DNA of 64,000 nucleotides from an uncultured cyanobacterium. Lineage in GTDB: Bacteria; Cyanobacteriota; Cyanobacteriia; Cyanobacteriales; Cyanobacteriaceae. Position numbers and translations under genes: made by a program. Each line of letters opens with the position of its first letter. The stretch's first letter is position 1. Below, piece after piece: positions 45,453 through 54,514 of this stretch. The stretch covers positions 288,001-352,000 of the forward strand of contig CAVVOP010000022.1 in assembly GCA_963749915.1 (NCBI GenBank), written 5' to 3'. Below the pieces are notes generated by a model. That model was not told the origin of the DNA. It saw only the letters and a list, made by a program, of their open reading frames with translations, and did not search any database.

Positions 45453-45800
45453 TTAATTGTTTAAGTATTGTTCTAAATCTTCAATTAAACGAGTTAATTC
45501 TGCTTCCGAAGTTAACCTTAAACGATCGTCCCTGACGGTAACTAAAACTTTAGCAGAAAAAGGACTGGGATAAATATTAGGATTGCAAAATACTTCTAAA
45601 AAAACATCTCCTGTATGTTGATATTCCATCGGTTTTTCTGGTGTGGGTTTACCTCCGGTTTTGGCTTGTAAAGCAAGATTTTTAAGACTTTGCATTAAAA
45701 AAGAGATTTCTTCTTTGAGTTTTTTGGCGGCATCGTTACTAAAATTGAAAGATACTGCACCCTGAATAAGATTAAGAGTAAATTGACTCATAAAATACAT
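45453..45800 (-). CDS. Conserved cyanobacterial hypothetical protein
   Basis: MEYQHTGDVFLEVFCNPNIYPSPFSAKVL. Confidence 0.75.
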   Translation of the reverse strand: MYFMSQFTLNLIQGAVSFNFSNDAAKKLKEEISFLMQSLKNLALQAKTGGKPTPEKPMEYQHTGDVFLEVFCNPNIYPSPFSAKVLVTVRDDRLRLTSEAELTRLIEDLEQYLNN

Positions 45801-45949
45801 TTATTTGGTTAATTAACAAACTTTTTTGATCTTATCTCACAGGGATAACGATTCTGAGATTAAATCTTGTTTATTTATTCCTTTACTTTTAAAATTATGA
45901 TATCCTGGGGTAATTATATCGACTTGTCAGTATATACCATTAGGAATCA

Positions 45950-47149
45950 ATGACTTCTAACGAAAACACGTCTAATCCTATACCTTTTAAACAATTTACC
46001 GCATTAAAACAAACAGGGTTTTTTGAAAATCTCAAACAACCTCGCTTTAGTGGTGAACTTTTACTGATAGATCCAAGACAGACTAAATGGGTATTTTATC
46101 TGTATTTAGGTAGATTAGTCTATGCCACCGGAGGCAATCATCCCGTCAGACGATGGCGGCGTAATCTTTTTGCTTATTTCCCCCATATCCCTTCTCATAT
46201 GGCGGCAATTCAAGGGGATATCGATCGCTTGGAATTAGATCATTATAATAATTATTGGGAATATGAATTGCTCTGTTTTTGGGTAGAACAACAAAAAGTT
46301 TCCCTCGAACAGGCGGCTAAAATGATCCGTCAAAATATTGTTGAGGTACTGTTTGATGTTACTCAAGCGATGCAAGTTACTTGTGAGCTAAAACCAGACA
46401 AAAATTTACCCTTCTCCACCCGATTAGTATTGATAGATGCAGAACAGGTAATTATGGAGGCACAAAAGGGGTGGCACGCATGGCAATCCGCAAAAATTGC
46501 CGATCGCTCTCCAGATATGGCTCCCATTATTACCCAACCTCAAGAATTAGAACAGCAAACAAACCCTCAAATATATCAAACTCTCAGTCAATTATTAGAT
46601 GGACAACAAACCCTGAGGGATTTGTCCGTGAGAATGAAAAAAGATGTAGTAACAGTAACTCGTTCTTTGTTACCCTATGTGCAACGGGGTTTAGTACGTT
46701 TGATTGAAATATCTGATATTGAACCGCCAAAACTGCCTATTAATGGTCTTGACCATGGGGCTTTAAATCATCAAAAGATTACCATTGCCTGTGTTGATGA
46801 TAGTCCTCTCATCTGTCAAACCATGGAAAAAATTATTACCACCGCAGGTTATAACTTTATTGGAGTTAATGATGCTTTAAGAGCGATCGCTCTTTTACTG
46901 ACCAAAAAACCCGATCTAATTTTTCTCGATCTCATCATGCCTAATGCTAACGGCTATGAGATATGTGGTCAACTAAGAAAATTAACCTTTTTTAAACATA
47001 CACCTATTATTATTTTGACAGGAAATGACGGTTTAGTAGATCGAGTTCGGGCCAAAATGGTTGGATCCTCCGATTTTATCAGCAAACCCGTGGATACCAC
47101 CCTAGTTTTAGACACTATTCGTAAACATCTCAAATTATCGGTATCCTAA
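45950..47149 (+). CDS. pixG: PatA-type response regulator PixG
   Basis: PATAN region (LKQPRFSG, YATGGNHPVRRWRR) plus a C-terminal receiver domain; closely resembles Synechocystis PixG. Confidence 0.8.
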   Translation: MTSNENTSNPIPFKQFTALKQTGFFENLKQPRFSGELLLIDPRQTKWVFYLYLGRLVYATGGNHPVRRWRRNLFAYFPHIPSHMAAIQGDIDRLELDHYNNYWEYELLCFWVEQQKVSLEQAAKMIRQNIVEVLFDVTQAMQVTCELKPDKNLPFSTRLVLIDAEQVIMEAQKGWHAWQSAKIADRSPDMAPIITQPQELEQQTNPQIYQTLSQLLDGQQTLRDLSVRMKKDVVTVTRSLLPYVQRGLVRLIEISDIEPPKLPINGLDHGALNHQKITIACVDDSPLICQTMEKIITTAGYNFIGVNDALRAIALLLTKKPDLIFLDLIMPNANGYEICGQLRKLTFFKHTPIIILTGNDGLVDRVRAKMVGSSDFISKPVDTTLVLDTIRKHLKLSVS

Positions 47150-47254
47150 TAAAGAGGTTAAAAATTAAGCCATAATTGATGAATCATAACGGAAAATAGT
47201 GTTATATCATAACTATTGCTGGGAAAATAGAGAAAATAAATAGAGGTTAAAATT

Positions 47255-47617
47255 ATGGGAAACGCTTTAATTGTGGACGACTCTTCCACCGAAAGAAAGA
47301 TATTGGTTGGTTATTTACAAGAATTAGGTATCACGGTTACTACGGCGGAAAGTGGTGAAGAAGCCTTGGAAAAGCTGGGGGGTAGTCACCCTGATATTAT
47401 TATCCTTGACGTAGTTTTGCCAGGTAAAAGTGGCTTTGAGGTCTGTAGAGAAATAAAAGCTGGTGCTGATACAGGAAAAATACCAATTATTATTTGTTCG
47501 ACTAAAGGCAGTGAAATGGATAAATTTTGGGGTATGAAACAAGGTGCAGATGCTTATATACCAAAACCCGTTGATAAAGACGAATTATTTTCCACGGTCA
47601 AAAAACTAATCAAATAA
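47255..47617 (+). CDS. pixH: CheY-like response regulator PixH
   Basis: Single receiver domain, DKFWGMKQGADAY. Confidence 0.8.
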   Translation: MGNALIVDDSSTERKILVGYLQELGITVTTAESGEEALEKLGGSHPDIIILDVVLPGKSGFEVCREIKAGADTGKIPIIICSTKGSEMDKFWGMKQGADAYIPKPVDKDELFSTVKKLIK

Positions 47618-47723
47618 TATACGTATATATAATGATTTTATGTCAGGGTGAAAAGTTCTACCCCTCTATCTAACTAAATATTTTGCCAATCCTTAATTAA
47701 AATCGATACATATTGCCGCCATT

Positions 47724-48260
47724 ATGAGTGAACAAATACTGTCCCTAACCAACCAAAAAAAGATTCAAGAATCTCAAAGACAACAATTTCTGAGATTTGT
47801 TCTTTTACCAGATGCTAACTTGATGATTTCATTGTCAGAAATTGCGGCAGTGTTGAAAATTCCTTTTGGGCAAATTATAGCCATTCCGGAGATGCCTTCA
47901 TGGGTGATTGGGGTTTATAATTGGCGTGGGGAAGTTGTCTGGATGATAGATTTAGGACAATTATTAGGATTTACTCCTTGGTATCAACAATCAGTAGTTG
48001 CTTCCAATCATAAAGCAGTGGTGATTCATCCTAGCAATCAAGATCGTAAAAGTAGAACTTCTGGAGATTTAGTTGGGTTAATCGTGAGTGATGTCAATGA
48101 TATTGAATGGTGCAACACCAACGATTTATATTCTCCCCCCGCATCGGCGGTGACCCCGGATTTAGCTCCTTTTTTGAGAGGATATTGGGTTAAGGAAAGT
48201 GGTGACATAATCGTTACTATTGACGGTGACGCTATTTTTGCCGCCATGCCAAAGGAATAA
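47724..48260 (+). CDS. pixI: CheW protein PixI
   Basis: IPEMPSWVIGVYNWRGEVVWMIDL. Confidence 0.8.
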   Translation: MSEQILSLTNQKKIQESQRQQFLRFVLLPDANLMISLSEIAAVLKIPFGQIIAIPEMPSWVIGVYNWRGEVVWMIDLGQLLGFTPWYQQSVVASNHKAVVIHPSNQDRKSRTSGDLVGLIVSDVNDIEWCNTNDLYSPPASAVTPDLAPFLRGYWVKESGDIIVTIDGDAIFAAMPKE

Positions 48261-48311
48261 TTTGGGCATTCAAGAATTGAGAAAGGATTGTCCATCGCTA
48301 ATTGTTGAATT

Positions 48312-49946
48312 ATGTTTTCTTTAACTAAAACCAGCTCACGACAAAGAGAAATCGTTGAAATCGTCTTAGGCAATGGTTGGGATTATATGCGCGGCATCCT
48401 CACCGTGGGAAAATCCGATAAACCTCAACTTCCCCCTCCAGAAGTATTTCGTAAAATTCTCGTACAGTTAGGTCCTTTTTACGTCAAATTTGGTCAATTA
48501 CTTAGCACTCGTCCTGATTTATTACCACCCAAGTACATTGAAGCCTTAACCGCCCTCCAAGCTCAAGTTCCTGCTGTAGCATGGGTATTAATTGAACAGA
48601 CTTTGAGAGAACAACTTAATCAGCCTTTAGAAAGGATTTTGAAGACAATTGATCCAAATCCTGTAGCGGCAGGATCGATCGCCCAAATCCATCGAGGTAC
48701 ATTAATAACAGGGGAAGAAGTCGCCATCAAAGTGCAACGCCCAAATATCGATCGCATTGTCAATCAAGATGTTATTTTAATAAAAGGTATTGCAGAAATT
48801 ATCGCCTTAACGGACTTCGGAAACGATTATGATGTAGTCAATTTAGCCGAAGATTTTACCAAAGCAGTATTGGCTGAGTTGGATTTTCGTCAAGAAGGTA
48901 ACTATACGGAAAAATTACGATTAAATTTGAGTGGTAGTAATTGGTTCGATGCAAAACAATTAGTGATCCCTAAAATATATTGGCAATATACCACCGACAA
49001 AGTCCTATTTATGGAATGGTTAGACGGTCAAGCCATTTTGTCCGCCAATATTCCCGATACCAGCAATAAACGTCAAGAATTAAGCACCCTATTATTCAGA
49101 GTTTTTTTTCAACAAATATTTATCGACGGTTTTTTTCATGCTGATCCTCATCCGGGTAATATTTTCTACTTAGATGACGGTAAATTGGGCATCATTGATT
49201 GCGGCATGATTGGCAGATTAGATCCTCATACCCAACAATTATTAACAGAAATGTTATTAGCCATTGTCGATATTGATGCTCAAAGATGTGCCCAATTAAC
49301 CCTGGAACTATCGGACAGTAACACCGCCAATAGTAATTTATCTCAATTAGAAAATGACTATCAAAAGATGTTGAGAAAATATTACAATCTCAGTCTTTCT
49401 CAATTAAATTTTAGTGAAGTTTTTTACGAAGTCTTAGAAGTTGCTCGAAGTAATAAAATCAAATTACCCGGTAATATGGGATTATTTGCCAAAAGTTTAG
49501 CCAACTTAGAGGGTGTCGCCCGTAAATTTAATCCCCAAATTAACCTCCTTGAAGAAATTAAACCCCTCATGACCGATCTTTTTCGCCGTCAATTTATCGG
49601 TGATACCCCCTTTCAAACCCTTTTTAGGACAGTTTTAGACTTAAAATCAATTTCTTTGCGATCGCCCCGTCAAATAGACGTAATCTTAGATCGTTTAAGT
49701 TCGGAGACATTTCTTTGGAATTTACGCATTAGAGAACTAGAAGGTTTAAGACGTAGTTTAGACGATTCAGCCAATCGACTATCATTTAGTGTCGTTGTCG
49801 GTTCACTAATTATGGGTGCCGCAATCATTTCCACTGGGGCAACCACTGGGCAATTAATATTATTAAGCAATATCCTCTTTACCGTCGCCAGTTTACTCGG
49901 ATTATGGTTAATCGTTAGTATTATCCGCTCTGGAGGACTAAAGTAA
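48312..49946 (+). CDS. ABC1/AarF/UbiB atypical kinase
   Basis: LGPFYVKFGQLLSTRPDL, AAGSIAQIH, VAIKVQRP, FFHADPHPGN, DCGM; two C-terminal TM segments. Confidence 0.93.
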   Translation: MFSLTKTSSRQREIVEIVLGNGWDYMRGILTVGKSDKPQLPPPEVFRKILVQLGPFYVKFGQLLSTRPDLLPPKYIEALTALQAQVPAVAWVLIEQTLREQLNQPLERILKTIDPNPVAAGSIAQIHRGTLITGEEVAIKVQRPNIDRIVNQDVILIKGIAEIIALTDFGNDYDVVNLAEDFTKAVLAELDFRQEGNYTEKLRLNLSGSNWFDAKQLVIPKIYWQYTTDKVLFMEWLDGQAILSANIPDTSNKRQELSTLLFRVFFQQIFIDGFFHADPHPGNIFYLDDGKLGIIDCGMIGRLDPHTQQLLTEMLLAIVDIDAQRCAQLTLELSDSNTANSNLSQLENDYQKMLRKYYNLSLSQLNFSEVFYEVLEVARSNKIKLPGNMGLFAKSLANLEGVARKFNPQINLLEEIKPLMTDLFRRQFIGDTPFQTLFRTVLDLKSISLRSPRQIDVILDRLSSETFLWNLRIRELEGLRRSLDDSANRLSFSVVVGSLIMGAAIISTGATTGQLILLSNILFTVASLLGLWLIVSIIRSGGLK

Positions 49947-50130
49947 TATAGCAATCAGGAATCATTCGTGAGAATCAAATAATTGTTTTAAAAGGATTCA
50001 GAATCCAGAATTCAGTAGAATAATTTTAACTCCTGACTCCTCTCCCTACCAAGCTGTCCCGTCTTAAGTTGATAGCCTTCTTGTCATTTCTAATTTTATG
50101 AGTTAGTATGTCTTAAGTAAAAAATAGTTA

Positions 50131-50391
50131 AAGCCGTTCAGGAAGAACAGGAGGTGATGCCTATGATAGATAGTAGTAAGATTGTGGGTTTTCTGGTTAT
50201 TCAAACTCGGCTGTGTGCTGGGGCTGTTTAGTCAGGAAAAGCTAAAAATGTCAAGGACCAAAGGTTTTTGCCTAGTTTTCAGTTTTGCTTGAAATTCCTT
50301 CCAGCAGTCTGAACCTAGAATAACTAAAAAGCCCACGTCAAATAATTAGATGTTTTTTCTACCCTGGGCTTATCGCACTGGGTAGGGACAT
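50131..50391 (+). ncRNA. Putative structured RNA containing a 22-codon ORF
   Basis: 19-bp stem 50184-50202/50318-50336 with G-U pairs valid only on the + strand; inner stem gctgg/ccagc; second hairpin 50350-50391. Confidence 0.5.
50163..50231 (+). CDS. Putative small peptide MIDSSKIVGFLVIQTRLCAGAV
   Basis: AGGAGGTGA SD at 50149-50157, 5 nt before the ATG. Confidence 0.4.
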   Translation: MIDSSKIVGFLVIQTRLCAGAV

Positions 50392-50590
50392 TTAACTAGT
50401 CTCCAGAGTTCAATATGATCAAACTTATTTTATTGGTTTAAGAGATAGTTAAGAACTCTTAACAAAATCACAGAAAATAAGTAGCAAAAAAAATTTTTTA
50501 TGTTATAGTAGATGAAAAGTAAATCTGTTAACTGGAAAATTTCACCATCAGTAAATAGTAAAACCTTAAAGGTGTGAGGATACCTAAATC

Positions 50591-52363
50591 ATGAAAAGCA
50601 ATTTTTGGAAATCAGTAAAATTAACCCCCCTATTGGTGGGTGCAAGTTTCTTAGCAACCTCCCAGGTTCAGGCTAATGAAATAGCTCAAGTAAATACCGA
50701 AGGTGATGCACAAATCATCAATCAATTAGACGATTACAGTTCCGAAGGTGGTACTTCTTCGAAAGATCAAGTAACCAGCGTGTCTCAACTTAGAGACGTA
50801 TCTCCTACCGACTGGGCTTTTGAAGCTCTCCGCAGTTTAGTTGAACGTTACGGTTGTATTGTTGGTTATCCCGATCGTACCTTCAGAGGTAATCGTGCTT
50901 TAAGTCGTTACGAGTTTGCCGCCGGTTTAAACGCTTGTATGCAACAAATGGAGCGTTTAATTGCCGCCAGTGAGGCAGTACTTAGAGAAGACATCGAAAA
51001 ACTAAAACGCTTAATGGCCGAATTTGAATCTGAGTTAGCCGCTTTAGGTGCAAGAGTTGACAACCTAGAAGGCAGAGTTGCTTTCTTAGAGGATCACCAA
51101 TTCTCCACCACGACTAAGTTGAAAGGAGAAGTCATTATGGCGTTGACCCAGAACTTTAACAGTGGTAACCAAGCTATTTTGGCTGACCGTGTACGTTTAG
51201 CTTTAAATACTAGTTTCACCGGAGAAGATAACTTAGTAACTCGTTTATCTGCTGGTAACGCAGGGGATTTTAACGCTGAGGGTAAAAGTAGATACAGAAC
51301 TGCCGGAGTACCTGTAATTAGTGGAACTACAAACGGCCCTAGTGCAACCTTAAATCAAACTTTTAACCTTTATCCGGGTTCAGATAACGATGTTCAGGTT
51401 GACTGGTTAGCCTACTATGCGCCCATCAAGTTGGGTGAAGATAATCAAATTCAAACCTATTTAGCCGCATTCGGTGGTATTCACAGTGACTACGTTCCAA
51501 CTTTAAATCCCTACTTTGAAGATTATGATGGTGGTAATGGAGCATTGAGTACCTTTGCCTCTGAGAGTCCCATCTATCGTATTGGTGGTGGTTCTGGGAT
51601 AGCCTTTAGCTACCAACTAGGCATTCTACAAAATTTACTCGGTCCTAGCACTGCTACCGTCAGCTACTTCGCCGGTGGAGAACCTTACTCTCCAGAAGAC
51701 GGCCAGGGTCTGTTTAACGGTGACTACTCTGTTTTAGGCCAACTTAACTTCAATGTGAGTGATACTTTCGCCCTGGGCTTTACCTATGTCAACGGTTTCC
51801 ATAAGGCTGACAGTCCCATATTTGGAGCCGGTGCTGGTAGCGGTATTGGTGTTGTTGGTACACAATGGGCCAACCAAAGTAACTCTGAGTTGAACGGTCT
51901 TATCGGGGAGCAATTTCCCGGTGCTACCATTGATCAAAAAGACAAAGCAACCAATACTTATGGTGCACAGGTTGCTTGGCGTGTTACTGATGGTATGAGT
52001 TTAAGTGCCTTCTTCAGCTATACTAGCTTAATCAGAATCGGTCGTGGTAGCGATCAGATTTGGAGTTATGGTGGTGGTGTAGCATTCCCTGACTTATTTA
52101 AAGAGGGTAGTGTTTTAGGTATCTATGCCGGGGTTCAACCATACAATGGTAACTCACAATACTTTATTAACGATGCTGATGGTGTCAGTCGCGAAGTTCG
52201 TGTTGGTCATAGTAGCACACCTGTCCACGTGGAAGCATTCTATAAATATCAGTTAACTGATAACATTTCTTTAACTCCTGGTGTTATCTGGGTTAACTCT
52301 TCTAACCAAGCATCAAACAATAGTCAAGTTATTGGTACTTTAAGAACTACCTTTACTTTCTAA
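50591..52363 (+). CDS. Cyanobacterial SLH-domain outer-membrane porin (OprB-like)
   Basis: Signal peptide, VTSVSQLRDVSPTDWAFEAL SLH domain, coiled coil, FSTTTKL, C-terminal GTLRTTFTF. Confidence 0.95.
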   Translation: MKSNFWKSVKLTPLLVGASFLATSQVQANEIAQVNTEGDAQIINQLDDYSSEGGTSSKDQVTSVSQLRDVSPTDWAFEALRSLVERYGCIVGYPDRTFRGNRALSRYEFAAGLNACMQQMERLIAASEAVLREDIEKLKRLMAEFESELAALGARVDNLEGRVAFLEDHQFSTTTKLKGEVIMALTQNFNSGNQAILADRVRLALNTSFTGEDNLVTRLSAGNAGDFNAEGKSRYRTAGVPVISGTTNGPSATLNQTFNLYPGSDNDVQVDWLAYYAPIKLGEDNQIQTYLAAFGGIHSDYVPTLNPYFEDYDGGNGALSTFASESPIYRIGGGSGIAFSYQLGILQNLLGPSTATVSYFAGGEPYSPEDGQGLFNGDYSVLGQLNFNVSDTFALGFTYVNGFHKADSPIFGAGAGSGIGVVGTQWANQSNSELNGLIGEQFPGATIDQKDKATNTYGAQVAWRVTDGMSLSAFFSYTSLIRIGRGSDQIWSYGGGVAFPDLFKEGSVLGIYAGVQPYNGNSQYFINDADGVSREVRVGHSSTPVHVEAFYKYQLTDNISLTPGVIWVNSSNQASNNSQVIGTLRTTFTF

Positions 52364-52395
52364 GATTAGTTTTTTCAAGCTATCAAAAAACTATT

Positions 52396-52430
52396 AAGCC
52401 TTACTTGTTAATTCAGGTAAGGCTTTTTTT
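52396..52430 (+). terminator. Intrinsic terminator of the porin gene
   Basis: aagccttacttg-ttaatt-caggtaaggctt followed by a T-run. Confidence 0.85.
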
Positions 52431-52488
52431 ATGGATAATTTAGAATAAAGACATGAAGAATTTAAAATGTAGAATTCAACTGTATTAA

Positions 52489-53628
52489 ATGAATTATTCC
52501 CCAATATTTATCTCTTTAATTCCTAATTTAATGGGTGGAGAAGGGCATATTATTCCCTATCATATTTCCATTACTGAAGCCACAAAAATTCTCGGTTGGC
52601 ATCATCAAGTAGTCTATTCCCGTGAAGAAAACTTGCCAGATTTACCTGATAATTGGGACGATTCTTTGCAGGGTAATAAGTTAGAAATAGATGCCGATTT
52701 TTGGTATAAATTAGGGCAAGTTAAGTTATTTTCTGATAGTATAAGAGCTTATTTAAAAAATAAATTATTCTTAAACAAATCATCGCAACCCCATATTATT
52801 TTTATAGAAAGATTTATTCATCTACAATTATTGGCCTTATGGTTCTCAGTTTTGTTTTTACCAAAGGATAACCTATATATCTGGGTTTTATATCGTCATA
52901 ACTTTCATCAACATAAAACGAAATTCTTTTACAAACTCTTAAATAAACTCTTGAAAAAAGCAGTAAAATCTAATCATTTTCGATTATTTAGTGATAGTAA
53001 ATTATTAGCTAATTCCATGACTAAATATTTTAAGGAATCTTTTACTGTAATGCCAATTCCTCATACTGAATTTGTGGAAAAATTACCTAATAATAATGAT
53101 AAGATAATTTGTTGGTGGGCGGGACCTCCTCGGGACGAAAAGGGTTGGCAAATCATTAAAAAATTGAGCGAATGTCAAACTCCTTTTGGAGATAAATTTA
53201 TTTTGGTAGCGGCGAAAACTGCGAATTTAATGACTGTCAATAAGGGTGTAAAAGTGATTCTTACTGAAGACAATTTACCTCGTGAAAAATACGTGTCATG
53301 GTTAAGTAAAACTGATATTATGTTAATACCTTACCATGGGATCGCCTATCAAGAAAGAACATCGGGAGTTTTTACCGAGTCAATTATTGCTGGCAATATT
53401 CCCGTGACGATGGCTAACACTTGGATGGCAGGGGAATTATTAAAATTTGGCTTAGATGAATTAATCATTAATTGGGATAATCCTGAACAAGTTTGGCAAG
53501 AAATTAATAAGATTATTTATGGTGAAGAAATAAAAATAAAATTAAGAACAATGCAAAAAGCCTATCGTGACTTTCATAATCTCTCTAGTTTTGCCCACCA
53601 ATTTCAAATTAACCTCATTGAAAAATGA
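52489..53628 (+). CDS. Putative GT-B fold glycosyltransferase
   Basis: GEGH, PIPH, G.PRDEKG and D..LIPY...Y..RTSGVF.E motifs. Confidence 0.65.
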   Translation: MNYSPIFISLIPNLMGGEGHIIPYHISITEATKILGWHHQVVYSREENLPDLPDNWDDSLQGNKLEIDADFWYKLGQVKLFSDSIRAYLKNKLFLNKSSQPHIIFIERFIHLQLLALWFSVLFLPKDNLYIWVLYRHNFHQHKTKFFYKLLNKLLKKAVKSNHFRLFSDSKLLANSMTKYFKESFTVMPIPHTEFVEKLPNNNDKIICWWAGPPRDEKGWQIIKKLSECQTPFGDKFILVAAKTANLMTVNKGVKVILTEDNLPREKYVSWLSKTDIMLIPYHGIAYQERTSGVFTESIIAGNIPVTMANTWMAGELLKFGLDELIINWDNPEQVWQEINKIIYGEEIKIKLRTMQKAYRDFHNLSSFAHQFQINLIEK

Positions 53629-53839
53629 ATCCGCCATAAAAACACTTTCTCTTAATGATGCTGGTATCATAAAGGATAAACTGAATTCATAATTCATAAT
53701 TCATAATTACCCTCAACAGATACTTTTGGGAAAGGTGCAAGATCTGAGTATTCCCTATTCCCTTTTTCACTGTCATTATTGCCTATTGACCATTGATCAT
53801 TAATAATAAGTTATTAATCTATAGAGAAAGTTATTAAAC

Positions 53840-54238
53840 ATGAGTTTAGAATATCCAGAAGATTTAAGATACCTCGATTCCCATGAATATGTGCGTTTAG
53901 ACGGTGAAATCGCGACCATTGGCATTAGTGCTTTCGCCATTGAAGAATTAGGCGATATTGTCTTTCTCGAATTGCCAGAATTAGGGGATGCCATCGGTGT
54001 TGAAGATAACATCGGTACCATTGAATCAGTTAAAGCGGTTTCTGAACTTTATTCTCCAGTTTCTGGTACAGTCATCGATCGTAATGAAATGTTAATCGAA
54101 TCTCCAGAATCGATCGCCGATGATCCTTATGGCGAAGGATGGTTAATTAAAATTAGATTGGATAACCCCGACGATGATTTAGAAGATACTTTATCAGCCT
54201 CTGAGTATAAATCTTTAGTTGAACCGGAAGAAGATTAA
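53840..54238 (+). CDS. gcvH: Glycine cleavage system H protein
   Basis: [23 protein letters not shown] lipoyl motif, DPYGEGW. Confidence 0.96.
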   Translation: MSLEYPEDLRYLDSHEYVRLDGEIATIGISAFAIEELGDIVFLELPELGDAIGVEDNIGTIESVKAVSELYSPVSGTVIDRNEMLIESPESIADDPYGEGWLIKIRLDNPDDDLEDTLSASEYKSLVEPEED

Positions 54239-54240
54239 GA

Positions 54241-54271
54241 CAATTAGCAATTAGCAATTAGCAATTAGCAA
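54241..54271. repeat. Heptamer tandem repeat (CAATTAG)x4, STRR-type
   Basis: Direct reading; similar heptamer arrays occur near 13900, 36790 and 53685. Confidence 0.85.
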
Positions 54272-54412
54272 TACATCTAAAAAACTACCCATCATTGTTA
54301 GATTTCGTTGTGCTTGATTATTAATAAAGATTAGTAATATTTATCTAAATAATTAAAAATTATCAGTAAAATTTACTTTCCTTTTGAGATGTTTTCCCTT
54401 AATATATTATTT

Positions 54413-54428
54413 ATAGATTTTTTTCTAT
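54413..54428. promoter_or_regulatory. CcmR/NdhR-type operator upstream of bicA
   Basis: Perfect ATAG-N8-CTAT. Confidence 0.65.
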
Positions 54429-54514
54429 CTATTATAAAAAAAATATTGAGTTGATTCTATATAAAAATACTCTACTGAAGATAATTTATCACACTTTATT
54501 TAAGGAAAACTTAA

